DNA of 64,000 nt from Octopus sinensis (GCF_006345805.1 NC_043003.1:106392001-106456000); one strand, 5' to 3'; positions 52,101 to 59,379 are shown, numbered from the stretch's first letter. Notes: generated by a model not told the origin, from the letters alone. Program-made: numbers and translations.

Positions 52101-55100
52101 TTTTCAAGCAAGAAAATAATGCTTGTTTCTGTACTGATGTTAATGCACTTATGCAAAAACTAGGACGTGTGCATGTGGCTAACGAATGGAGATCGTTTCT
52201 AGACTCGTGTAAGATTAGCTTCAAAACTGTGTTGCCACATAATGGTAATGAAAGAAACCTTCCGTTACTGTGGGTCATGTTGTCAGTATGGAAGGCGGTG
52301 AGCTGGCAGAAACGTTAGCACGCCGAGCGAAATGCGTAGCCGTATTTCATCTGCCGTTACGTTCTGAGTTCAAATTCCGCCGAGGTCGACTTTGCCTTTC
52401 ATCCATTCGGGGTAGATTAAATAAGTACCAGTTATGCACTGGGGTCGATATAATCGACTTAATCCATTTGCCTGTCCTGTCCTTGTTTATCCTCTCTGTG
52501 TGTAGCCCCTTGTGGGTAGTAAAGAAACAGGTATGGAAGAAACTTATGAATTGATGGAAGTCTTTCTGAAAGGAGTCAATTACTCTGTTCACAGGTGGAA
52601 TATTTGTGGTGATTTACAGGTGATTTCCCTCCTTCTTGGACTGCAGCTGGGATATAACAAAAATATGTGCTTCTTGTGTGTTTGGAACAGCTGTGACGAC
52701 AGCAATCATTACACTCTAAAAGTAGCCTAAAAAAAGAAAAATGAGTGCAAAGTTGGTTGGTACAAGGTGCAGCATATGCCACTGGCAGACCCATAAGAGA
52801 TCTTTCTGTCGCCCCTTCACAGCAAACTTGGCCTTGTGGAAAACTTCGTAAAAACAATGACACACGATGGTTGTGGCTTCCAGTACCTAAAATTATAATT
52901 TGGTGCAGAGAAAAGCGAAGCGAAACTGAAAGCTGGCATTTTCATTGGACCCGAGATTAGAGAATTAATATCTGATAGCAAATTCAGAGGTAAACTGAAT
53001 CCAGTTGAGCAGACGGCATGGGATTCATTCGTGTTAGCTGTAAAGATCTTGGAAATCATAGAGCTGGAAACTAGGCTGATTTAATAAACAACATGCTAAC
53101 AGCGTATGAAAGAATGGGATATCGAATGTCCCTTAAAATGCACTTCTTGCATTCTCATCTTGATTTTTCTTCCAATGAATCTTGGTCCCTTTAGTGATGG
53201 GCATGGTGAAAGGTTCCACCAGGACATATCTGAGATGGAAACGAGGTATCAAGTCCGGTTCAATCCATACATGATGGGTGACTACTGCTGGTTCCTGCAA
53301 CGGGAGACCAGCACGGCGCATAAGTGCAAGAGCAAGTGTCTCAAACATTTCTGAGCTGAGCAGATAAAAAAATAAAGTGAGCATTCCCTTAACATAAACA
53401 TACTATGTACCATTATATTACAATACTATTTGCCTTGAACATAAATTTACCATATACAGTACTAATATAATAATTACTTACCTTGAACTTAACTATTCCT
53501 GATTCTAATATAGTATTAATATATAATTATGCACATAACTCAAAATCCTGACACGTTACAGCAATTCTGTGTTCAGATTCGGAATCAGCGAACTCGATTT
53601 AGTTTTTAGTACAGAACCATTTGTCTGGGAAACAGGCAAGAAATCTTTCTTCGTTACCCAGTGTTATCTCCCTTGTATAAATTGTCCACTTGCAGATCAA
53701 GTTTAAAACATAACTATTTTTTTAACTAAAATTTGTGTTTATTTAATATGTATAATTGACAACTTGTGGAGGCGCAATGGCCCAGTGGTTAGGGCAGCGG
53801 ACTCGCGGTCGTAGGATCGCGGTTTCGATTCCCAGACCGGGCGTTGTGAGTGTTTATTGAGCGAAAACACCTAAAGCTCCACGAGGCTCCGGCAGGGATG
53901 GTGGTGATCCCTGCTGTACTCTTTCACCACAACTTTCTCTCACTCTTACTTCCTGTTTCTGTTGTACCTGCATTTCAAAGGGCCGGCCTTGTCACTTTCT
54001 GTGTCACGCTGAATATCCCCGAGAACTACGTTAAGGGTACACGTGTCTGTGGAGTGCTCAGCCACTTACACGTTAATTTCATGAGCAGGCTGTTCCGTTG
54101 ATTTGGATCAACCGGAACCCTCGTCGTCGTAACCGACGGAGTGCTTCCATCCATAATTGACAACAGAAATGATACTGAGAGACAAACAGCATTTAATGAA
54201 TGTTGTATAATTACTTATTTGTGAGATGTAAGTCTCCCCAGCTACCATTGTTGTTTCCTAGCTTTTGTTGTTCTTAAAAACTTGTATCCCATATAATAAT
54301 GTCAAAAAATTATCTATTTTTAGTTATTGATTTATCTATTTCAAGGTGTTCAAAGAGCGGTTCCGGTTGATTGATTATATGAAGGATTATGACAAACTCA
54401 ACTCTGGACGTATTATAAAGAGTAATTTTCAGCGTGCACTTGGATTGAGTCCTTTGAATCTCAATGGGTCAGAAATAACTCTCTTGGAATCCAGGTGTTT
54501 AATTAACATTTTCTCACAAATTAACCATTTTACCAACTGTCTCGTTAAGTTAATTTCGATGCAACCATTAGTCTTTATATATGGCAGGGTATTAGCATAA
54601 CACTTGCGTAAGGCAAAATATTAGCTTAAGACAAAGAATTTGTATAAGGCAACGGATTAAGATGAGACCAATGGATTAGCATAAAGCAAAGGTTTAGCAT
54701 AAGGTAAAATATTTCAAAAGATTAAAATTTAAATCTGGCCTGAGTTGAATTGACCTTTTATCTCTAAAGAATTGGTAAGTGTCAAGAATATGATTGCATT
54801 GGACTTTATCCAAAACAAATCTATATTATTATTTGAGAGAGAGCCTCCATAGTAAAGAATGGTAAGCACAATGAAACCTATATATGAGAAGAATTTCATA
54901 AGTATTGTGATATACAAAACTCCAACTTTATTATGTTTTAATAATAATAATAATGAAATTATTGTATACAGTGCTCAGGTGCACTACAACTTGTCAGAAA
55001 GTGCATATAAAGTACATGCAGTAATGTAAAAATGTCTGGAAAGCGAACAATGTATGAGTCAGATACATGCTTGTGTGTGTATGGAGGGGAGAAAATCAGG

Positions 55101-58100
55101 TGTAGTGTTGGCGAATCTCAGAAAGCATGGAAGTTTTGAAGGATGCAGTGCTCCGACAACTAACAACTTAAAAGGCTTCAAAATAGTTTTTGTTGAAGGA
55201 GAATGTCCTAGTGGTTAGGGTGTTGTACTTACAAACATGCAATTGTGGTTTCAATTCTTGAATGAGGTGGTACTTCATTTTATACTGCTCTAGTCTGCTC
55301 AGCAGACAAAAATGACGGACACCAGTTGAGGTGGGAATGTTTTGGTCACTTATAAGCCATGGAAAATGGGTAACTGACCCTCAGAGCCCTGAAGACTTGA
55401 AGCAATGATATCCACAGGTCGATGGTGATGAGAAAAATACTTTTGATATCTTTTATTTTTTTACTTGTTTCAATCATTTGATTGTGGCCATTCTGGGGCA
55501 TTGCCTTGAAGAATTTTAGTCAAATGGATTGACCCTAGTGTTTACTTTTATTTTAAGCCTGGTACTTATTCTATCAGTTCCTTTTACTGAAATGCTAAGT
55601 CATGGGGATGTAAACACACACACACACACATGTATATGACAGGTTTCTTTCGGCTCTGACTACCAAATTCATTCATAAGGTTTTGGTTGGCCCGAGGCTA
55701 TAGTAGAAGACACTTGCCCAAGGCGATGAGCAGTGGGACTGAACCCAAAACTGTGTGGTTGGGAAGCAAACTTCTTACCACACAGCCAGGATCAGCCAAT
55801 CTCTTTTTTTCCTTGTAATAGGGTATCCCAGACAACATTATCCAATATATCCTTCCTTTTAAGATGGTAGGATGTGGTTTGAGGGAGATTCAGTTGCTAT
55901 TTCTAACCAACCAAGTAATCACGTAGAGGTTCCCTTGTTAGTTCAATAACTTGAAATGTTGGGTTACCCAACCCTCAGCATAATAAGTACCACCACTGAA
56001 CACTTCATATAAAATATCAAGAGCAATTTAGTTAATTTGATCCTAACCCCTTGAAAAAAGGAGAGGTTTAGGTTCCACTAAAAGTTGAATTCTGGGCAGC
56101 AAGTCAATTTTCCAGTGATGCTGCTGCTTACAGTGAAGAATTGTTCTTCATTTATAGATGGAGATTTAAAAAAAAAGTTAGAAAGCTTAGAAAAGGGCAA
56201 TAAACTTATGTCTGATTCTTTGAACGTTTTTGAAACGTTATTTTCTTTAAGCAACTGTGATTATCTTTACTTAAATAGGTTCGAATCGCCAAGCAATCCT
56301 GGGTCCGTAGACTACAGGAAATTTTGTGATGAAATTGAGTCTGTTTTCACTACTGCCAACCTTGATAAAAGCCCGTTGAAAGAAGTTGAGCAATATCGGC
56401 CAAAGCAGGAATGGGAAACTAATATCCTGAAGGAAGAGGAAGAATCAGAATTCATGAAAGCAATGACAAGGATAGCTGAAAAGGTAAGAATCAAATGGAC
56501 AAGGTGCATCCTTGAAGGTTTCAGACTTTATCAGGAGAGACATTTATTTATCTCAAAGAAGTACGAAACTCTCGTCTCCTTTGAAGTAGGATGATTCTCT
56601 GACTTGTTGTCGCACTTTAGCCCCTTCTTGAAGACCCCATGGAAGTCCTCCAAAGTGAAGGAGTCCAGGACCCTTCTGACAGCCTCCATTTTCTCTTACT
56701 TAGGGAACAATCAAAAGTCACAGGGCGCAAAGTCTGGACTGTGAGGAGCATGATGGACAGTCCTGATGGCCATCCCTGTCAAATAATTGGTTGTTAGGAT
56801 GGAATTGTTGATGGGTGAAGTGTCCTGGTACAAATGCTCTGTCTTTTACAACAAAACCTCTTCCCAAACTCCCTCAGAACCTCCCCAAAGCAGTCCTTGT
56901 TGACTGTCTAACCAGAGGGAACCCAGTAGTTGTAGATGATATCCTTGCTGTTGAATAAAGGGATCACCATGAGCTTGCCCTGCCTGACTATGCCCTTTAG
57001 CTAAGAGGTATGCTTGTATCTTATTCAGTTCTTCAGTGAAAAACAGAAGCTGGGGCCAGGCAAGTTAATCCATAAGCAGTATGGAGCATTTCATAAATTT
57101 TTGTAGCATTTTTGTCCCAGTTTAATGCAAAATTTAATTGGCTAGTGAGTTTTAAAATTGTCTTTTCATCTCAACTGCATTCTTCAAACTAATCATCTGT
57201 GACAAGCTGTGTTTATTAAAGTGTGTCCAAAGTGCTGTTACAGCCATCTCCTCCTTCAATCTGGAATAACAAAGGTTGGCAGGTCAGCTTATTAGATGTA
57301 ATGATATACTAAAATTACAATGATTTAGGACAGTTGTAGCTGTCTCCCCTGAAAAAAAAAAATCTCAAAGTCTATGGAATGCACCTTGTAAATTATTCAG
57401 TTGTACTTTAACTGATGGTTCCTTAGTTAAGTTGATAATTTCCTGAAAGTGTAGCTTTTACAGACATCTTTATATATAAAAGTGAAGTTGTGTGTCTGTC
57501 TCCTACGATTTAGATTCCTAACTACCCCCACATTTTGCGGTGCAGTTTAACCAAAACCGGGTATCTTATAGTCGTGATTCATATTGAGCCCTTCTGGGTA
57601 TTAGCGCGCGTCTACGATGAGTCTACAATTTAAAAAAAAATTTACCATCATTTTTCCCCATTTTTAATGCATTTTTTTGCTATTATATAAGGGAAGTAAC
57701 TCTCTAAAAATGCTTATATAGCTATTTCCCTTACAAACCCGAGCAACGCCGGGCGATACTGCTAGTCTATTTATATATCCAGGAAAGCCATTAAATTACT
57801 TTCTGCAGTTTGCTCAGTGAACACGAATGATTGGGTTGCTTGAGTACGAAATAAGAAGGTAACATTGGTACTTGATATCATATCACTGTTAGTGTGTTGG
57901 TAACCAAGGTGGATCTGAGCACGTACTGTAGGCTGAGAACAGCTGCCCAGTCAAAACTATGGCATTGAGGACAGAGACAGACTTTATTAGTTTGCAGTAA
58001 CTGAGTTGAAGTTTATTGGGACTGCAGTAGACAATGAGATGTATTCGGCAATTACATGGCTGGGTGGTTAAGAAGCCTGCTTTGCATCAACATGCTTCCA

Positions 58101-59315
58101 GGTTCAGTCCCACTGTATGGCACTTTGGGCTGGTGTCTTCTACAATAGTCACTGGCAATCAATGCCTTGTAAGTGAATTTAGTGGATGGAAACTGTGTGG
58201 AAACCTGTTCTGTGTGTGTGTTCTGATGGATTGGTGGTCAATCTCTCCATATATAAAGCTGAAGTTGTCTGTGTGTGGCAGGTTTGGTAGCCTTCAACTA
58301 ACACCATCTCCTCTGAGATCCTGCGGCGCAAATTGACCAAAATTGAGAGTATGATAGAAGAAGGCTTGCTCTTTCTTCCGTAGAAGAAAAAATTCAAATC
58401 GGACCATGTTAACACCAAAAATTATTTACATCAAAAAGGTGCTTTTTTTTCTGTGAAAATCCCTATTTTTTACGATTTTTTGACTACTGTGTTGCCATTT
58501 TTCGGTGAATTTCAACCAGAAAAATGTTCACTTAAAGAGAATAACAAGCTACATAATGCAAAATTTTTACTTTTCAAAAGTTCCAATTCTAAAGGGTCGA
58601 AACAAACCTGAGCAACGCCGGGCGATACTGCTAGTTAATTGATAAATTCATATTTAATTAAATCAAGAGGGAGGTGAGGTACTAAATAATGTACGTGAAA
58701 ATATTCTGATGAATTGAAATTTGTCTCTGACTGAATAAAAAATTTATTATGTGCAACAGAAGTAGGATTAGTTTAAAATAGCAATCATTGTATCATACTT
58801 AACTCTGTCCTTTAGCTAAGAAGTATGCTTGTATCTTATTCCGTTTTCCAAGTTGTTTAATGAGAACAACTTCTATGCAACACCAATAACAACGATAAGC
58901 TCTTATATTGACACAACGCTCATTAACGACAAAGAAAATTATGATAATTTGCAATTAATGTATGTCTCTTTTGAAATCCGTTTTAATTATTTCGTTATTA
59001 AAATTATTTTATCAAAGAAGCAGCTTTAAGAATTAGAATTACTTCCCTTTGTCTTCCATTCAGGTCCGCCAAGTACGCCTACAGTTGTTCCCCCTGATGG
59101 AAGATTACGACAAGAACAATATCGGCAGTCTGTCCCGCTCGCAATTTCGTAGAGTTCTTGTGGAATTAGAGCTGGGAAGTTATTTCACCGAGCGAGAACT
59201 CGAAATTATATGTAAAAAGTTCAAAGTGCGAGTGGGCTCAAGAGACGACGTACATTATATCGCCTTTTGCGACTTCATTTATGAGTTGGCCAAATTTATT
59301 TACAGGACTCCTTAA
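1101..59315 (+). CDS. Multi-exon gene (14 exons in window, 5' end outside) encoding a ~878-aa-plus protein with eight tandem EF-hand-pair modules; possibly a CFAP115/FAP115-like ciliary microtubule-inner protein
   Basis: Exons joined by hand via AG/GT sites with matching phases (1,2,0,0,1,0,0,[1],0,1,2,0,2,0). Recurrent motif (F/M)xD(F/Y)Dxxx(S/N)GxI(T/S)xxQFxR plus a second degenerate hand ending xYxxFC. The family name is inference from the repeat layout. Confidence 0.9.
1760..1912 (+). mobile_element. Mariner-like transposase N-terminal HTH relic, cut by a SINE
   Basis: Frame reads [24 protein letters not shown], resembling the mariner HTH (EIHRRLxxVYGDxxxxxSxVxRW). Confidence 0.5.
1913..2320 (+). 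mobile_element. SINE family A (tRNA-like head GGCGCAGGAGTGGCTGTGTGG..., internal TA/TG microsatellite, GTAAAAGA tail), full copy
   Basis: A/B-box-like head (TGGCTGTGTGG; GGTTTCAGTCCC); near-identical to many other copies in the window. Confidence 0.9.
2852..3528 (+). mobile_element. Internally deleted mariner (DD34D) transposon
   Basis: HTH ([41 protein letters not shown]), [12 protein letters not shown] and [16 protein letters not shown] motifs; 3' TIR-like end ...GGATGACCTAG followed by TA; first catalytic Asp region missing; 5' TIR not found. Confidence 0.9.
3938..4339 (+). mobile_element. SINE family A, full copy
   Basis: Sequence identity to 1913-2320. Confidence 0.9.
4502..4637 (+). 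CDS. EF-hand gene exon 2 ([45 protein letters not shown])
   Basis: ttctttcag acceptor, gtgggt donor, EF-loop motif. Confidence 0.9.
4993..5131 (+). mobile_element. SINE family A, head fragment
   Basis: Diverged similarity to the family A 5' half. Confidence 0.75.
5783..6090 (-). mobile_element. Non-autonomous Helitron family H1
   Basis: Minus strand A|TCTTTATATATAAAA...hairpin (C/T)(C/T)GAGCAACG(C/T)(C/T)GGG-like...CTAG|T, no TSD; matches 22662-23058 and 57467-57765. Confidence 0.85.
6289..6483 (+). CDS. EF-hand gene exon 3 ([37 protein letters not shown]...ETITK)
   Basis: tttttcag acceptor, gtaaga donor, 195 nt, phase 0/0. Confidence 0.9.
7192..7514 (+). repeat. 32-bp minisatellite, 10 copies (ACCATCATCRTTTAACACCTGTGCTGTCTGAC)
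   Basis: TTTAACACC recurs exactly every 32 nt from 7203 to 7491. Confidence 0.95.
7874..8244. mobile_element. Head-to-head pair of a short tRNA-head/(AAT)n/hammerhead-tail element
   Basis: Ends are inverted repeats (CAGTTCTATATTTAAGAGATGAGGA / TCCTCATCTCTTAAATATAGAACTG); the same element occurs at 48511-49935 and as a tail at 2321-2356. Confidence 0.75.
7953..7998 (-). ncRNA. Candidate minimal type I hammerhead ribozyme
   Basis: Minus strand GACAC-CUGAUGA-A-GGCUG(GAGGGUAUAU)CAGCC-GAAAU-GUU-GUGUU: core, 5-bp stem II and 5-bp stem I are all present. Confidence 0.6.
8461..8734 (+). CDS. EF-hand gene exon 4 ([47 protein letters not shown]...[13 protein letters not shown])
   Basis: attctttcag acceptor, gtaaat donor; overlaps ORF 8647..8898. 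Confidence 0.92.
8840..9220 (-). mobile_element. SINE family B (head GAGGCGCAATGGCCCAGTGGTTAGGGCAGCGG...), full copy
   Basis: A-box TGGCCCAGTGG, B-box-like GGTTTCGATTCCC; near-identical to five other copies. Confidence 0.92.
9683..10064 (-). mobile_element. SINE family B, full copy
   Basis: Identity to 8840-9220. Confidence 0.92.
11121..11545 (-). mobile_element. SINE family A, full copy
   Basis: Reverse complement of the family A consensus. Confidence 0.9.
12045..12366 (-). mobile_element. Older tRNA-SINE with a CORE-like central domain
   Basis: Minus strand GTGTTCCTGAGCAAGACACTTTATTTCACATTGCTCCA segment, also seen at about 31477-31520; tRNA-like head toward 12366. Confidence 0.6.
12499..13110 (+). 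mobile_element. RTE-clade LINE 3' fragment (RT C-terminus)
   Basis: Reads [13 protein letters not shown]...[17 protein letters not shown]...[19 protein letters not shown], then a decayed R-W-G-H-V / TWDEVVKHD segment. Confidence 0.85.
13282..15335 (+). mobile_element. SINE family A split into head (13282-13468) and tail (15104-15335) by a Helitron
   Basis: The two halves join exactly at the internal (TA)n. Confidence 0.85.
13469..15103 (-). mobile_element. 1.6-kb composite non-autonomous Helitron (3' part from family H2, 5' part from another family)
   Basis: Minus strand A|TCTCTTATTATAAAAGGCAGATTTAATCTGCC...CTAG|T; 13469-13760 matches H2. Confidence 0.75.
16206..16279 (+). CDS. EF-hand gene exon 5 ([25 protein letters not shown])
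   Basis: ccttacag acceptor, gtaaga donor, phase 1/0; linker homologous to [14 protein letters not shown] and [14 protein letters not shown]. Confidence 0.88.
16623..17056 (+). mobile_element. SINE family A, full copy
   Basis: Identity to family A. Confidence 0.9.
17951..18354 (-). mobile_element. SINE family A, full copy
   Basis: Reverse complement of family A. Confidence 0.9.
19270..19500 (+). repeat. CT-rich polypyrimidine low-complexity tract
   Basis: Almost purely C/T for about 200 nt. Confidence 0.85.
19826..20085 (-). mobile_element. Repeat family D (GTTGGCRTTAGGAAGGGCATCCAGC core, GGACRTTAAACGATGATGATG tail); SINE-like/RTE-associated
   Basis: Same blocks at about 10720-10880, 22185-22330, 23775-23945, 30995-31375, 34295-34700, 35822-36290, 38430-39230, 40135-40420 and 40640-40880. 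Confidence 0.7.
20266..20385 (+). CDS. EF-hand gene exon 6 ([40 protein letters not shown])
   Basis: ttgcag acceptor, gtgagt donor, 120 nt. Confidence 0.9.
20463..20855 (-). mobile_element. Non-autonomous Helitron family H2
   Basis: Matches 58242-58634; 5' TC, 3' hairpin, terminal CTAG mutated. Confidence 0.85.
22355..22560 (+). mobile_element. SINE family C, diverged copy
   Basis: GAGCTGGCAGAATC head and GACTTTGCYTTTC...GATAAA-TAAGTACCAG domain. Confidence 0.7.
22662..23058 (-). mobile_element. Non-autonomous Helitron family H1
   Basis: A|CTAG...AAAGA|T on the plus strand, hairpin near the 3' end. Confidence 0.88.
23293..23454 (+). CDS. EF-hand gene exon 7 ([54 protein letters not shown]), with apparent 1-nt deletion
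   Basis: tttctttag acceptor, gtaggt donor; the motif frame switches at the A5 run 23392-23396. Confidence 0.85.
23950..24762 (-). mobile_element. Older SINE family A copy split by a younger antisense copy
   Basis: Tail at 23950-24196 and head at 24608-24762, both on the minus strand. Confidence 0.8.
24197..24607 (+). mobile_element. SINE family A, full copy nested in the (TA)n of another copy
   Basis: Flanked by TATATA on both sides. Confidence 0.9.
24905..26720 (-). mobile_element. Retroelement with a single gag/ORF1-like frame, 3' UTR and poly(A); no RT seen
   Basis: ORF 26240->25058, T-rich 3' UTR, A-run at about 24909-24922 on the minus strand; outer limits approximate. Confidence 0.6.
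25058..26240 (-). pseudogene. Gag/ORF1-like zinc-knuckle protein, ~390 aa, three frameshifts
   Basis: [10 protein letters not shown]...[26 protein letters not shown]...[14 protein letters not shown] (CX2CX4HX4C)...FIGRVM*, stitched from ORFs 25935, 25651, 25428 and 25058. Confidence 0.8.
26975..28190 (+). repeat. Large (TATG)n/(TGGA)n microsatellite field interrupted by a SINE B
   Basis: Direct inspection. Confidence 0.95.
27161..27492 (+). mobile_element. SINE family B, 5'-truncated
   Basis: Identity to family B from the B-box onward. Confidence 0.9.
29640..30040. mobile_element. Unclassified interspersed repeat family F, adjacent to (TAA)n/(TGA)n tracts
   Basis: Homologous to 32845-33400 (same orientation) and 46185-46470 (opposite orientation). 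Confidence 0.75.
30075..30490 (+). mobile_element. Cluster of diverged SINE family C fragments
   Basis: Shared GTCGACTTT-CCTTTCATCCTTTCGGGGTC domain. Confidence 0.65.
30495..30590 (+). repeat. (TAG)n microsatellite
   Basis: Direct inspection. Confidence 0.9.
30797..30936 (+). CDS. EF-hand gene exon 8 ([47 protein letters not shown])
   Basis: attttcag acceptor, gtgaga donor; within ORF 30775..30966. Confidence 0.9.
31420..31715 (+). mobile_element. tRNA-SINE with a CORE-like domain and a family-B-type 3' half
   Basis: GTGTCCTTGAGCAAGACACTTTATTTCAC followed by the CTGAATCTCCCTGAGAACTAC...TAAGGGTACACGTG block shared with family B. Confidence 0.65.
31839..32049 (+). CDS. EF-hand gene exon 9 ([30 protein letters not shown]...[14 protein letters not shown])
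   Basis: atatttag acceptor, gtaagt donor, best-preserved EF motif. Confidence 0.93.
32098..32468 (-). mobile_element. Diverged SINE family A copy
   Basis: Similarity to family A along its length. Confidence 0.7.
32845..33400. mobile_element. Repeat family F copy
   Basis: Homology to 29640-30040. Confidence 0.75.
33939..34143 (+). CDS. EF-hand gene exon 10 ([17 protein letters not shown]...[14 protein letters not shown])
   Basis: ctttgcag acceptor, gtaagt donor, phase 1/2. Confidence 0.92.
34705..35825 (+). mobile_element. Decayed R4/Dong-like (RLE-type) non-LTR retrotransposon, 3' part
   Basis: [18 protein letters not shown]; [17 protein letters not shown]; [32 protein letters not shown] (CCHC-like); RPDI...IIDVAI RLE motif. 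Confidence 0.85.
36511..36925 (-). mobile_element. SINE family A, full copy
   Basis: Reverse complement of family A. Confidence 0.9.
37994..38269. repeat. Foldback: 126-bp inverted arms (2 mismatches) with a 24-nt spacer
   Basis: 37994-38119 is the reverse complement of 38144-38269. Confidence 0.95.
40916..41204 (+). CDS. EF-hand gene exon 11 ([45 protein letters not shown]...VLTKIKNK)
   Basis: gttgtag acceptor, gtaagg donor; includes ORF 40959..41219. Confidence 0.92.
41581..41977 (+). mobile_element. Non-autonomous Helitron family H2
   Basis: Ends CCCGAGCAACGCCAGGCTATACTGCTAG|T; 5' end merges into (TA)n. Confidence 0.85.
42055..42322 (-). mobile_element. Helitron family H2, partial, inverted relative to the neighbouring copy
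   Basis: Reverse-complement similarity to 41690-41970. Confidence 0.8.
42880..43520 (+). mobile_element. Diverged SINE family A with an expanded internal (TATG/TG)n
   Basis: Head about 42880-43015, microsatellite 43015-43325, tail about 43325-43520. Confidence 0.7.
43785..44671 (-). mobile_element. Stack of four SINE family C units, including a young dimer at 44239-44653
   Basis: Repeated CTGGTACTTA...AAAGGATGAAAGGCAAAGT-GACC blocks; 18-bp direct repeat TCATGATGTACAAATATT. Confidence 0.8.
45115..45460 (+). repeat. GAGTATGCA(TG)n minisatellite
   Basis: Ten GAGTATGCATG units in a TG background. Confidence 0.9.
45702..46083 (+). mobile_element. SINE family B, full copy
   Basis: Complete head to GGAGTGCTTCC tail. 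Confidence 0.92.
46480..46960 (+). mobile_element. Three consecutive SINE family C 3' portions
   Basis: Repeated GAGGTCGACTTTGC-TTTCATCCTTT domain. Confidence 0.7.
47130..48165 (-). mobile_element. R4/Dong-like LINE fragments (zinc-knuckle and RLE region), duplicated and interrupted
   Basis: Minus-strand [22 protein letters not shown] and [20 protein letters not shown]...LGTVSEG motifs. Confidence 0.75.
48700..49125 (-). mobile_element. R4/Dong-like LINE 3' end with an (AAT)n tail
   Basis: RLE-region similarity; sits within (TTA)n tracts. Confidence 0.65.
49459..49780 (-). mobile_element. SINE family B, 5'-truncated, inserted in (AAT)n
   Basis: Identity to family B. Confidence 0.9.
50088..50719. 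mobile_element. Inverted plus direct repeat knot, Penelope-like pseudo-LTR arrangement (inferred)
   Basis: 139-bp IR 50088-50226 / 50535-50673; 117-bp DR 50246-50362 / 50603-50719. Confidence 0.55.
51445..53355 (+). pseudogene. Chapaev3-like transposase pseudogene
   Basis: [20 protein letters not shown]...[13 protein letters not shown]...HICC...NCYFC; [13 protein letters not shown]; [18 protein letters not shown]...CFLC; [16 protein letters not shown]...MMGDYCW; multiple stops and frameshifts. Confidence 0.88.
52295..52530 (+). mobile_element. SINE family C, full young copy with a 9-bp TSD, inside the transposase
   Basis: GTATGGAAG at 52286-52294 and 52531-52539; removing the copy restores GHVVSMEETYEL. 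The central domain resembles what I recall of the Sauria/MetaSINE shared domain (unverified). Confidence 0.9.
53768..54149 (+). mobile_element. SINE family B, full copy
   Basis: Complete head and tail. Confidence 0.92.
54346..54494 (+). CDS. EF-hand gene exon 12 ([50 protein letters not shown])
   Basis: tttcaag acceptor, gtgttt donor, phase 0/2. Confidence 0.9.
55461..55788 (-). mobile_element. Diverged SINE family A copy
   Basis: Similarity to family A. Confidence 0.7.
56279..56483 (+). CDS. EF-hand gene exon 13 ([36 protein letters not shown]...RIAEK)
   Basis: ttaaatag acceptor, gtaaga donor, phase 2/0. Confidence 0.92.
56498..56990 (-). mobile_element. Mariner transposase 3' relic
   Basis: Minus strand reads ...[20 protein letters not shown], the HPPYSPDLAPCDF motif. 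Confidence 0.75.
57467..57765 (+). mobile_element. Non-autonomous Helitron family H1
   Basis: A|TCTTTATATATAAAAG...CCCGAGCAACGCCGGGCGATACTGCTAG|T. Confidence 0.9.
58242..58634 (+). mobile_element. Non-autonomous Helitron family H2
   Basis: A|TCTCTCCATATATAAAGCTG...GAGCAACGCCGGGCGATACTGCTAG|T. Confidence 0.9.
59064..59315 (+). CDS. EF-hand gene terminal coding exon ([32 protein letters not shown]...[22 protein letters not shown])
   Basis: ccattcag acceptor, TAA stop ending at 59315. Confidence 0.93.
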   Translation, partial: VRQVRLQLFPLMEDYDKNNIGSLSRSQFRRVLVELELGSYFTERELEIICKKFKVRVGSRDDVHYIAFCDFIYELAKFIYRTP

Positions 59316-59355
59316 GGAAAATCCTGTAAGCGATGAGAGATCACACAGGTTTCAA

Positions 59356-59379
59356 AATAAAATAGATTTCATGAATAAA
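59356..59379 (+). terminator. Two tandem AATAAA polyadenylation signals (59356-59361, 59374-59379)
   Basis: Canonical hexamers 40-60 nt after the stop, followed by T-rich sequence. Confidence 0.6.

Larger units (their letters stand above)
51034..53663 (+). mobile_element. Chapaev3-type (CMC superfamily) DNA transposon, full length, decayed
   Basis: TTA|CACTGG...CCAGTG|TTA; ~125-bp imperfect TIRs; transposase remnants with the typical N-terminal Cys-rich domain. Confidence 0.85.

Noticed and set aside
56085-56594. 169-aa ORF as a standalone gene
   Set aside because: Only 56279-56483 is coding (exon 13); the flanks are intron. Likewise the MSSIQ start at 59049 is the splice-acceptor region.
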